64,000 nt of DNA. It comes from an uncultured Prevotellaceae bacterium (GTDB taxonomy: Bacteria > Bacteroidota > Bacteroidia > Bacteroidales > Bacteroidaceae). This document shows, in pieces, positions 56,649 through 64,000 of this stretch. Under the pieces are notes generated by a model, which was not told the DNA's origin, made no database searches, and saw nothing but the letters and a program-made list of their open reading frames with translations. A program made the position numbers and the translations under genes. How positions within the stretch are numbered: position 1 is the stretch's first letter; every line of letters begins with the position of its first letter. The stretch covers positions 26,281-90,280 of the forward strand of contig CACYKE010000003.1 in NCBI GenBank assembly GCA_902774925.1, given 5' to 3'.

Positions 56649-58556
56649 ATGAAAAATATTAAAAGCATATTATTTGCCGCAGTAGTCGCAACCCTCACGC
56701 TGTCTTCGTGCAGCAGTGATGACTACTCATACTCGCCTGGCGAGAAGCAGGCTGGTGCCTACCTGACTGCTGCCAAGAGCTCGTTCGTTTATACTCCGGG
56801 TCAGGAACAGGTGCTTACCCTGGGTCTGGGCCGTACGGAGTCTGCCGAGGCTGAGACTGTTACTCTGTCTGGTAACAACCCTGCTTTTCAGGTTCCTGCT
56901 TCTGTCAGCTTTGCTGCCGGCGAGAAGGACAAGACGATAGCCATTCCCTTCTCTCTGGAGACTGGTGAGAGTGCGTCGCTGACCGTAAAGGTAACCAGTG
57001 CGACCTCTGCCTATGGTGCTGACTCTGTGGTTGTCAACGTGAAGTGCGATTACGAGTGGATAAGCCTTGGCATGGGTAAGTATAATGACTCTTTCCTCTT
57101 TGAGAATGGTCCTTATGAGGTAGAAATCATGCAGTGTACAGGTGTACCCAACATGTATCGCATCGTTGGTCCCTACATAGCAGCCATTGAGGCTGACGAG
57201 TACTCTCTCGAGCCATCCTGTCCTCCGACTGAGAATGTTGATATCACCATTATCAATGCAGGTGAAACCTATGCCGGACAGGTGATTGACTACGACGGAC
57301 TCGTGGGCTATAATACTATCCACTCTGGATACTATAATACCTCTAATAACTATAACACGGAGATTTATCTATATCATCCCAGCGACGGCTTTAAGGATTT
57401 TAGTACTCCTGACACTTGGGCTCACAACAAGGTGATTGTCTATCAGGATGCTGTAAGCTGCGGCGTCCAGGTTCCCGGACAGGTTCAACTGGCTCCCTTC
57501 TATTACATGGACGGTGTTGGTGGCTGGAACTATGCTGACCAGGACGAGGTCATCGTCATCACCTTCCCTGGCTACAACCCCAAGGATTACAGTCTTGATC
57601 TGACCTATACGGGTATCTTCACCAGCGTGACAGGTGAGGTCTATGCTGCCGGAAACATTGTGGCAGGTGTTGATGTTCAGGAGATGAAGGCTGTCGTCGT
57701 GGAAGGCGCTGCTGATGAGAGCGAGGTTGCTGAAGCCCTTGCCCATGGTAACCTGATGAGCACTGACGTTGAGGCTGGTAACATTAATGTGCCAATTCCC
57801 GAAGGTATGACTGGCAAGATGAAGCTGGTTGTTGCCGTTATCGAAGAGAACGAGGTGAAGTCGTATGACGCTGCTACCTTCGAGTACTACGGAGGCGGTG
57901 CTAACCCTTGGAAGTCTCTTGGTGTAGGATATATGGTTGAAGATTTCGTGGTAACGATGTACTCTCCCGACGGTGTGTCGGCCTTTGAGCCGCTGAACTG
58001 CGCTGTTGAGATTGAGGAGAATTCGGAGACTCCGGGACTCTATCGTGTTGTCGATGCCTTCAAGGAGACCGCCGAGCTCCTCGAGGTTAGCTATACATCA
58101 ACTAATTTGGAGGTGAACGCCATTGACCCCGAAGGTGTCTATATCGACTATCAGCCAACGGGTGTTGACGATGGCGACGGCGAGGCCTTTATTTGCAGCT
58201 ATGGAGCCTACTTATTGGGAAACTACGACTTTGACACGGTGAAGGGTGCAGGCTATCTCGGAACGCTGAAGGATGGTGTGATTACTCTTCCTGTCTTTGA
58301 GACGCAGAGCGGCTCACATTATCAGGGCGTATTCTTCCAAGGTTCTTCTGCTTATTATACAGGTTCTCATGGCGCGTTCCAGTTGGCACTCCCGAATACC
58401 AACGCAGCATCTATGGCAGCTAACAAGGCTGCTGTCCAGCAGTTGCGCAATGCCAACAGCTTCGTGAAGCGTCTGAATGCTTATAACAAGGTAGGCAAGG
58501 CTTACATGAAGCATGTGATGAAAATGAGGAGCATGAAGAAGGGGTTGAAGAAGTAA
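56649..58556 (+). CDS. PUL-associated hypothetical surface lipoprotein
   Basis: 635 aa; lipobox LSSCSSDD; follows SusD. No catalytic motif recognised. Confidence 0.6.
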   Translation: MKNIKSILFAAVVATLTLSSCSSDDYSYSPGEKQAGAYLTAAKSSFVYTPGQEQVLTLGLGRTESAEAETVTLSGNNPAFQVPASVSFAAGEKDKTIAIPFSLETGESASLTVKVTSATSAYGADSVVVNVKCDYEWISLGMGKYNDSFLFENGPYEVEIMQCTGVPNMYRIVGPYIAAIEADEYSLEPSCPPTENVDITIINAGETYAGQVIDYDGLVGYNTIHSGYYNTSNNYNTEIYLYHPSDGFKDFSTPDTWAHNKVIVYQDAVSCGVQVPGQVQLAPFYYMDGVGGWNYADQDEVIVITFPGYNPKDYSLDLTYTGIFTSVTGEVYAAGNIVAGVDVQEMKAVVVEGAADESEVAEALAHGNLMSTDVEAGNINVPIPEGMTGKMKLVVAVIEENEVKSYDAATFEYYGGGANPWKSLGVGYMVEDFVVTMYSPDGVSAFEPLNCAVEIEENSETPGLYRVVDAFKETAELLEVSYTSTNLEVNAIDPEGVYIDYQPTGVDDGDGEAFICSYGAYLLGNYDFDTVKGAGYLGTLKDGVITLPVFETQSGSHYQGVFFQGSSAYYTGSHGAFQLALPNTNAASMAANKAAVQQLRNANSFVKRLNAYNKVGKAYMKHVMKMRSMKKGLKK

Positions 58557-58580
58557 TTCCTTATTCCTTACAATAAAATT

Positions 58581-58618
58581 CAGGAGGCAGAGCCCAGTGC
58601 TTGCCTCCTGATTTTTTT
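58581..58618 (+). terminator. intrinsic terminator
   Basis: 9-bp stem caggaggca / tgcctcctg, 12-nt loop, then aTTTTTTTg. Confidence 0.8.
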
Positions 58619-58691
58619 GTTTTTTTTCTGTTTGGCGTTAAACCTTTGTGTGAGGTGTGCGTCATAATATGCGTAAAACGTTAAAAAGATT

Positions 58692-61664
58692 ATGGATAGT
58701 AAACGTACACTTTTGCTTATGCTGATGCCGCTGATGGCTGTGGTAGCCCTGGCTCAGCGCTCATTCACGGGTATGATCGTCGACGACGCACAGGACCCCA
58801 TTCCCCAAACAACGGTAAAACTGCTGAAGACGGACAGTACGCTCGTGAAGGGTGCGCTGACCGACATGGAGGGTAAGTTTAAGATTAACGCCCAGGCAGG
58901 TGACTATATTCTGCAGGTGACCTGCGTAGGCTTCAAGGCCTATACTAAGCGTGTCAAGATGGCTGGCAGTGACGTGATGCTGGGTACCATTGATATGGAG
59001 CCCGATGCCGTCATGTTGAAAGGTACCACCGTCACCGGTCATGCTGCTAAAGTGACGTTGAAGGCCGACACCTTTATATATAATGCCGCTGCGTTCCGTA
59101 CGCCCGAGGGTTCGGTGGTCGAGGAACTGGTGAGGCGTCTGCCTGGTGCTGAGGTCAGCGACGACGGTTCGGTGAAGATTAACGGTAAGCAGGTGAAGAA
59201 GATTCTGGTGGACGGTAAAGAATTTATGACCGGTGACACGAAGACCGCCATGAAGAACCTGCCGACGAACATCATCGACCGCATCAAGGCTTACGACAAG
59301 CAGAGTGATATGGCTCGTGTGTCAGGTATTGAGGATGGTGAGGAAGAGACGGTGCTCGACTTCGGTATCAAGGCCGGCATGAACAAGGGTATCATGGTGA
59401 ATGCCGATCTGGCAGCAGGTACGAAGAGTCGCTATGCAGGCCGCGTGTTCGGTGGTGTGATGAAGGACGACATGAAGGTGTTCCTGATGACCAATGCCAA
59501 CAATACCAACGACATAGGATTTCCCGGTGGTGGTGGCGGCGGTGGCCGTTTCGGTGCTGGCCGTCAGGGTCTGAACGCCATGAAGATGGCCGGTGTAAAC
59601 CTGAACTACGAGAAGACCAACGTGCTGACCATTGACGGTAGTGTGCGCTGGAACCACAGTGACGGCGATGCTTTTTCGAAGAGTGCTACGGAGAGTTTCT
59701 TCAGTGGTGCCACGTCGTCGTTCAGCAATAGCAGGACGCAGAACTTCACCCGCGCAAACCAGTGGAACGGTCAGATGCGCCTGGAGTGGCAGCCTGACTC
59801 GATGACGAACATTATGTTCCGCCCGAATTTCTCGTATGGCACCAACGACGGCACGAACGTCGGTCTGAATGCAACGTTCGACAAGGATCCTTACGACTAT
59901 TCGGATAACCCATTGCTCGACGTGCTGAATATTGCCCAAAAATATGGTATCGTCAAGAACTATCAATTGAATGACGGTATCAACTATAGCGATTCGAAGA
60001 CGTTGCGTGGTATGTTGCAGTTCAACCGCCGCCTGAGCAACAACGGCCGTAACATTACCGTACAGTTGAATGCTAACTGGGGCGAGGGTGTCAGCAAGTC
60101 GATGGCTAACAGCTATATCTACCTGTTTACGGTGGTCGATACGACCATTACCAACCGTTACACCGTGACGCCGCAAGACAACTGGGGCTACTCGGTGCGC
60201 GCAACCTACAGCGAGCCTATTGCCCGTCAGGTTTATCTGCAGTTCGGCTACCGCTATCAGTACAGCTATACGAAGAGTGATCGCAAGACCTATGGCCTCA
60301 ATGATTACGACTACTCGGGTATTGAGCCGGTGTATCGTAATTTCGATGCTTATCTGAATCCGCTCACCCATCCGATAGACTATTATGAGGACCAGACGCT
60401 GAGCCGTTATTCGAACTATAAGAACTATACCCATACGGCTGAGGTGACGTTGCGTGTGGTTCGTCCGTCATACAACCTGAACATCGGTTTCCAGGTAATT
60501 CCCCAGAAGTCACACTTCGTACAGGACTATACGAAGCTGGTGGATGGCAAGACAACACGTCTGCGTGCAGATACTACCCGTACCGTGACCAACTTCTCGC
60601 CGACAGTGGACTTCCGTTGGAAGAAGTCGCAGACCGGTCAGCTGCGTTTGACCTACCGTGCCAATACCCAACAGCCGTCCATGAGCGACCTGCTGGATGT
60701 GTATGATGACAGCAACCCCCTGCGTATCACTCGTGGTAACCCTGGCTTGAAGCCTTCGTTCACGCAGAACATCAACCTCTTCTACAACGATTACTTTACG
60801 AATCACCAGCGTTCCGTGATGACGTTCGTGAACTTCTCGACGACCAGCAACTCCGTGTCGAACAAGACTACTTATGTGGAGTCTACTGGTGGAACTATCA
60901 CACGTCCTGAAAATATCAACGGTAACTGGAACAGTAGCCTTGGCTTTATGTTCAATACCGCCATCGACTCGGCAGCATACTTCAATGTCAATACCTTCAC
61001 GAATCTGAGCTACAATCACAATGTTGGTTACGTCAGTGTCAACAGTCTGGCAGACTCGGAGGAGAGTGTCACCAAGTCGCTGGGTCTCGGTGAACGCCTG
61101 TCGGCCAGCTATCGTAACGAATGGTTCGAATTCGAACTCAATGGTTCACTGAACTATACCTACTCGCGCAGTGAACTACAGCCCAACAACAACCTCGATA
61201 CATGGCAGTTCGCATATGGTGCCATGACGGGTATCACGGCTCCTTGGGGTACGCAGCTGACTACGAACATCACTATGCAGAGCCGTCGTGGTTATAGCGA
61301 TGTATCGATGAATACCAACGAGCTGATTTGGAATGCGCAGTTGTCGCAGTCGTTCCTGAAGGGTAATGCACTGACTGTCTCGCTGCAGTTCTACGATATT
61401 CTGCATGAGCAGTCGACCGTCACCAGTATCCTCAACGCCATGCAGCGCAGCGATACTGAGTATAATGCCATTACAAACTATGCAATGTTGCACGTCATCT
61501 ATCGTCTGAACCTCTTTGGAGGTGGCTTCGGTGGTCGCGGTGGCCGTGGCGGTCGTGGTCAGGGTGGCCCTGGCGGCTTCGGCGGTGGTCGTGGCGGTCG
61601 CGGTGGCGGCTTCGGAGGCGGCGGCTTCGGTGGTGGCTTCGGTGGCGGACGTCCGATGATGTAA
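58692..61664 (+). CDS. large outer-membrane beta-barrel/TonB-dependent-receptor-like protein (CarboxypepD_reg N-terminus) with a 48-aa Gly/Arg/Phe-rich C-terminal tail
   Basis: 990 aa. FTGMIVDDAQDPIPQTTVKLL...DMEGKF; internal FPGGGGGGGRFGAGRQG. The barrel appears to end at ...MLHVIYRLNLF, followed by GGGFGGRGGRGGRGQGGPGGFGGGRGGRGGGFGGGGFGGGFGGGRPMM. Confidence 0.75.
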   Translation: MDSKRTLLLMLMPLMAVVALAQRSFTGMIVDDAQDPIPQTTVKLLKTDSTLVKGALTDMEGKFKINAQAGDYILQVTCVGFKAYTKRVKMAGSDVMLGTIDMEPDAVMLKGTTVTGHAAKVTLKADTFIYNAAAFRTPEGSVVEELVRRLPGAEVSDDGSVKINGKQVKKILVDGKEFMTGDTKTAMKNLPTNIIDRIKAYDKQSDMARVSGIEDGEEETVLDFGIKAGMNKGIMVNADLAAGTKSRYAGRVFGGVMKDDMKVFLMTNANNTNDIGFPGGGGGGGRFGAGRQGLNAMKMAGVNLNYEKTNVLTIDGSVRWNHSDGDAFSKSATESFFSGATSSFSNSRTQNFTRANQWNGQMRLEWQPDSMTNIMFRPNFSYGTNDGTNVGLNATFDKDPYDYSDNPLLDVLNIAQKYGIVKNYQLNDGINYSDSKTLRGMLQFNRRLSNNGRNITVQLNANWGEGVSKSMANSYIYLFTVVDTTITNRYTVTPQDNWGYSVRATYSEPIARQVYLQFGYRYQYSYTKSDRKTYGLNDYDYSGIEPVYRNFDAYLNPLTHPIDYYEDQTLSRYSNYKNYTHTAEVTLRVVRPSYNLNIGFQVIPQKSHFVQDYTKLVDGKTTRLRADTTRTVTNFSPTVDFRWKKSQTGQLRLTYRANTQQPSMSDLLDVYDDSNPLRITRGNPGLKPSFTQNINLFYNDYFTNHQRSVMTFVNFSTTSNSVSNKTTYVESTGGTITRPENINGNWNSSLGFMFNTAIDSAAYFNVNTFTNLSYNHNVGYVSVNSLADSEESVTKSLGLGERLSASYRNEWFEFELNGSLNYTYSRSELQPNNNLDTWQFAYGAMTGITAPWGTQLTTNITMQSRRGYSDVSMNTNELIWNAQLSQSFLKGNALTVSLQFYDILHEQSTVTSILNAMQRSDTEYNAITNYAMLHVIYRLNLFGGGFGGRGGRGGRGQGGPGGFGGGRGGRGGGFGGGGFGGGFGGGRPMM

Positions 61665-61676
61665 TCCCAGTGGGCG

Positions 61677-62102
61677 ATGATGGACGAAAACCGATGTGTT
61701 CAGTTGCTCGAGGAGCACGGTGTCAAGCCTACCGCCAACCGTATTGTGGTGGTGAAGGCTTTGGCCGCAGCGGGTCGTCCCATGTCGCTGAGCGAACTGG
61801 AATACAAAATACTGACTATCGATAAGTCGGGTGTATTCCGTTGCTTAACGCTGTTCAAGGAGCATCGGTTGGTACATGTCATTGAAGATGGTGGCGATGG
61901 TGTACGCTATGAGTTGTGTCACAGCCACGATAGTGAAACGGATGAAGACCTGCACGTGCATTTCTTTTGTGAACGCTGTCGGCGAACCTACTGTCTGGAG
62001 AATATCGCGATTCCGGAGGTGGCATTGCCCGAAGGCTTCGAACAATGTTCCGTGAATTTCATGGTCAAGGGTATCTGCCCGCAATGTAAAGGTAAAAAGT
62101 AA
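61677..62102 (+). CDS. Fur-family metalloregulator (Fur/Zur/PerR type not resolved)
   Basis: 141 aa. Winged-helix N-terminus, HSHD...HVHFFCERC and CPQC structural zinc motifs. 12 nt downstream of the barrel gene. Confidence 0.8.
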   Translation: MMDENRCVQLLEEHGVKPTANRIVVVKALAAAGRPMSLSELEYKILTIDKSGVFRCLTLFKEHRLVHVIEDGGDGVRYELCHSHDSETDEDLHVHFFCERCRRTYCLENIAIPEVALPEGFEQCSVNFMVKGICPQCKGKK

Positions 62103-62121
62103 AAAGATAAAAGGGAAAAAT

Positions 62122-62149
62122 AGAGGAATGAGCTGCGGCTCATTCCTCT
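62122..62149. terminator. bidirectional terminator hairpin between convergent genes
   Basis: 12-bp perfect stem agaggaatgagc / gctcattcctct, loop tgcg. The 3' arm contains the stop codon of the minus-strand gene. T-rich on the plus side. Confidence 0.75.
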
Positions 62150-62586
62150 TCTTTTCTGTCGTCGATATTATCACCCTCGGTGGGTGCCATCTCCTCTTCG
62201 AAGTCGGTGATGCCTGCCTTCACGAGGATGTTGTACCACTGGATGAGCTTCTTGATGTGGCTGTTCTGCACGCGATCCTGATCCCAGTCGGGCAGCACCT
62301 TTGTGAAGTAGTCGTGCAACTCCTTGGGAGAAGCCTTGCGGAAGTCGACGCTCGACTCCTTGCCCTGCTCCAGGTCACGCATGGATGCAAGGACCTTCAT
62401 CAGAGGAACGTCGTCCGTTTCGGTAAACATAGCGATGTCGGCCAATGATGTGATGCGGTCGGTGCCGAAGGCCGGTATGCGCTTGTGGGTGTCGTCAAGT
62501 GCCTCTACGATGAGGCTGTTCTTGGCGCGTGATACTAATTTGTAGAGTCCCGGTTTGCCCGAGATAGCTAAAATGGTCTGTTTCAT
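62140..62586 (-). CDS. DUF5606-like conserved Bacteroidota protein
   Basis: 148 aa. The N-terminus MKQTILAISGKPGLYKLVSRAKNSLIVEAL matches my memory of the DUF5606 family start; unverified. Confidence 0.55.
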   Translation of the reverse strand: MKQTILAISGKPGLYKLVSRAKNSLIVEALDDTHKRIPAFGTDRITSLADIAMFTETDDVPLMKVLASMRDLEQGKESSVDFRKASPKELHDYFTKVLPDWDQDRVQNSHIKKLIQWYNILVKAGITDFEEEMAPTEGDNIDDRKEEE

Positions 62587-62617
62587 TTTTTTTTTTTTAT
62601 TATGTTATTTTTTTTTT

Positions 62618-62657
62618 CGTTATTTCGTTATTACGGGATTCCAGTATTCCGTTATTC
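62618..62657. repeat. octanucleotide tandem repeat CGTTATTN type x5 (40 bp) in the coaE-to-DUF5606 spacer
   Basis: cgttattt cgttatta cgggattc cagtattc cgttattc; overlaps the coaE stop at 62652-54. Preceded by T12 and T10 tracts (62587-62617). Confidence 0.8.
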
Positions 62658-63182
62658 CGACGTTAATAATTTTTCGATTTGACTGTTGAGGTCGGCTTGG
62701 CCGTCGTTGACAATCTCGAAGTCGGCGCGTGCCTTTACTTGTTCCTGCGGCCATTGGCGGGCAATCCATTGCAAGGCTTTTTCGCGAGTGATGCCGTCAC
62801 GCTGCATGACACGTTGGATGCGTATCTCCTCGGGAGCCGTTACCACAATGACGCGGTCAACGAGTTTGTCGGCACCCGACTCAAACAGAATAGCACTCTC
62901 CATCCACAGCATACCACTCTCCTCGAAGTCCTGAAAGACGGCAGGGTGAACGATGGCATTCACGGCCTGCTGGTTTTCCTCGTTAGCCAACAGAAAACGG
63001 CTGATGGCTGCTTTGTCGAGTGAACCGATGAGTGCCTTCAATTGCTGACGCAGGCGCGGCGAGGTACGTATCAGTCGCTTGGCAGCTGCATCGCAGTCGT
63101 ACACCTCAATGCCCCGTTGTGCCAACAGCTTGCAGACGTAGCTCTTGCCAGAGCCGATGCCTCCTGTGATACCTGTCTTCAT
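62652..63182 (-). CDS. coaE: dephospho-CoA kinase
   Basis: 176 aa. P-loop GITGGIGSGKS, then FDCDAAAK-type region. 4-nt overlap with the upstream gene. Confidence 0.88.
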   Translation of the reverse strand: MKTGITGGIGSGKSYVCKLLAQRGIEVYDCDAAAKRLIRTSPRLRQQLKALIGSLDKAAISRFLLANEENQQAVNAIVHPAVFQDFEESGMLWMESAILFESGADKLVDRVIVVTAPEEIRIQRVMQRDGITREKALQWIARQWPQEQVKARADFEIVNDGQADLNSQIEKLLTSE

Positions 63183-64000
63183 GGGATGGAATCAGTTGCT
63201 CCCTCTTCGATGAGGTAATCCACCTGCTTGACGCTGAGTGTGGCACGGCTGATGCCATGAGGTACGCTTTGCAGGTAGAGGTTACACTTGTCGGACGGCT
63301 TTTGCTCAATCTCAAGATAGTCGGCAACAACACTGAAATCGTCTGGCGACAGTGTACGAACCAAGCTGATGCCTGCCACGAAATTCACCTTAACCTTGGA
63401 CGGGAACGTACGCAGCGTCTTGCCATGAGGCAGGTTAACACACTTGACTGGAACCTCGATGCTCTCTTCGGTGAGTACGTCGGTATGGAACACTATTCGT
63501 ACACGTTCAGGAACAACTTTCACGTCAGCAGGGTGAGCAAGTTTGCAGTTGACTACCAGCGTGTCACGGAAACCTACGTAGTTGAGCGGTTCGCTATAGA
63601 TGATGCGTATGCTATCCAACTTTTCGCGCGTGGCATAGACATCTACGCTGTCGGGGTTGTAGACGACATGCGAGATGAAGTAGAGCTGTTCGGGAATGAC
63701 GCGGCCAGTCCAATGAACGGGAACACGCTTGCGTTCACCGTTATTGTAGAAAAACTCAAGTTTCTCAGGTTTGACGGAGGTAATCTTCGACGACATCTCG
63801 AAACATTGCTCGATGGCCCGTTTCAGATCTGCTGCGGGAACAATGCCTTTGCCATTTTCTTTGTCGTAGTTCCTGAAGTCAATCTTGATGCTGTGGTTGT
63901 GCTCGCCATAGAGGTAGTTCAGTAGCACCCATCCCTGATCGTGTACGGTAGCACGTACTGTGTCGACATGGGCAGATGTCAACATCACGTTCTTAGGTAC
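63179..64000 (-). CDS. YbbR-like domain protein, C-terminal part; probably continues beyond the right edge of the window
   Basis: The reading frame is open to the window edge (…VPKNVMLTSAHVDTV…). Repeated YbbR-type segments (VPVKCVNLP, VKVVPERVRIV). Family assignment is by pattern only. Confidence 0.55.
   Translation of the reverse strand, partial: VPKNVMLTSAHVDTVRATVHDQGWVLLNYLYGEHNHSIKIDFRNYDKENGKGIVPAADLKRAIEQCFEMSSKITSVKPEKLEFFYNNGERKRVPVHWTGRVIPEQLYFISHVVYNPDSVDVYATREKLDSIRIIYSEPLNYVGFRDTLVVNCKLAHPADVKVVPERVRIVFHTDVLTEESIEVPVKCVNLPHGKTLRTFPSKVKVNFVAGISLVRTLSPDDFSVVADYLEIEQKPSDKCNLYLQSVPHGISRATLSVKQVDYLIEEGATDSIP

Noticed and set aside
58663-58671. Possible Fur/Zur box upstream of the barrel gene (CATAATATG)
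   Set aside because: It is only a 9-bp palindrome in AT-rich DNA, too short and not matching a 19-bp Fur-type dyad that I can verify.
32611-60434. Other large antisense ORFs: 32611..33429, 36848..37594, 41291..42346, 49546..50580, 59322..60434, 60510..61019
   Set aside because: Each is fully embedded opposite a confidently recognised gene (xusE-position lipoprotein, CBM protein, DoxX-like/tpiA, carboxyltransferase, barrel protein). None has recognisable domains.

Overview
This looks like a chromosomal segment from a Bacteroidota anaerobe, most plausibly Prevotella/Segatella. That placement is an inference from SusC/SusD loci, TAnnTTTG -7 promoter boxes and one T9SS-type C-terminal tail; the window has no taxonomic marker gene.

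Gene content, left to right:
- The 5' part of an alpha-glucan phosphorylase gene.
- A TPR sensor histidine kinase overlapping a HAD lipoprotein gene.
- A tandemly duplicated two-gene module: a CxxCH/beta-propeller lipoprotein plus a polytopic membrane protein.
- PUL 1: SusC/SusD plus two lipoproteins and no CAZyme.
- An AT-rich 1.2 kb gap with dense short motifs.
- A small Cys-rich protein.
- A CE6-like/CE1-like esterase, divergent from a xusABCDE-type xylan cluster. The cluster is SusC/D, SusC/D, a lipoprotein, a GH10-like protein with both catalytic Glu replaced, and a non-catalytic CBM-like protein with a T9SS tail.
- A flavodoxin-like exported protein.
- A housekeeping operon: PAP2, DUF1599, a DoxX-like ORF running in frame into tpiA, SPOR, folE.
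- A CCA-adding-enzyme-like gene.
- yhhQ-queF-HAD-M15.
- A carboxyltransferase-5S-like gene, then an HD hydrolase.
- PUL 3: SusC/SusD plus a lipoprotein.
- A large outer-membrane barrel protein with an RGG/FG tail, followed by a Fur-family regulator.
- A DUF5606-like gene, coaE and a partial ybbR-like gene.

I saw no rRNA, tRNA, CRISPR, integrase, transposase or recognisable defence genes.

Two observations stand out:
1. A preQ1-I-like pseudoknot riboswitch candidate with an extra hairpin lies immediately upstream of yhhQ-queF.
2. Short tandem-repeat modules are pervasive, usually about five units of 7 bp (sometimes 8-9 bp). They fill several stop-to-start spacers exactly, and they also sit in frame inside coding sequences: loops, signal peptides and a conserved tRNA nucleotidyltransferase.

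All family names rest on motif recognition by eye. No searches were run.
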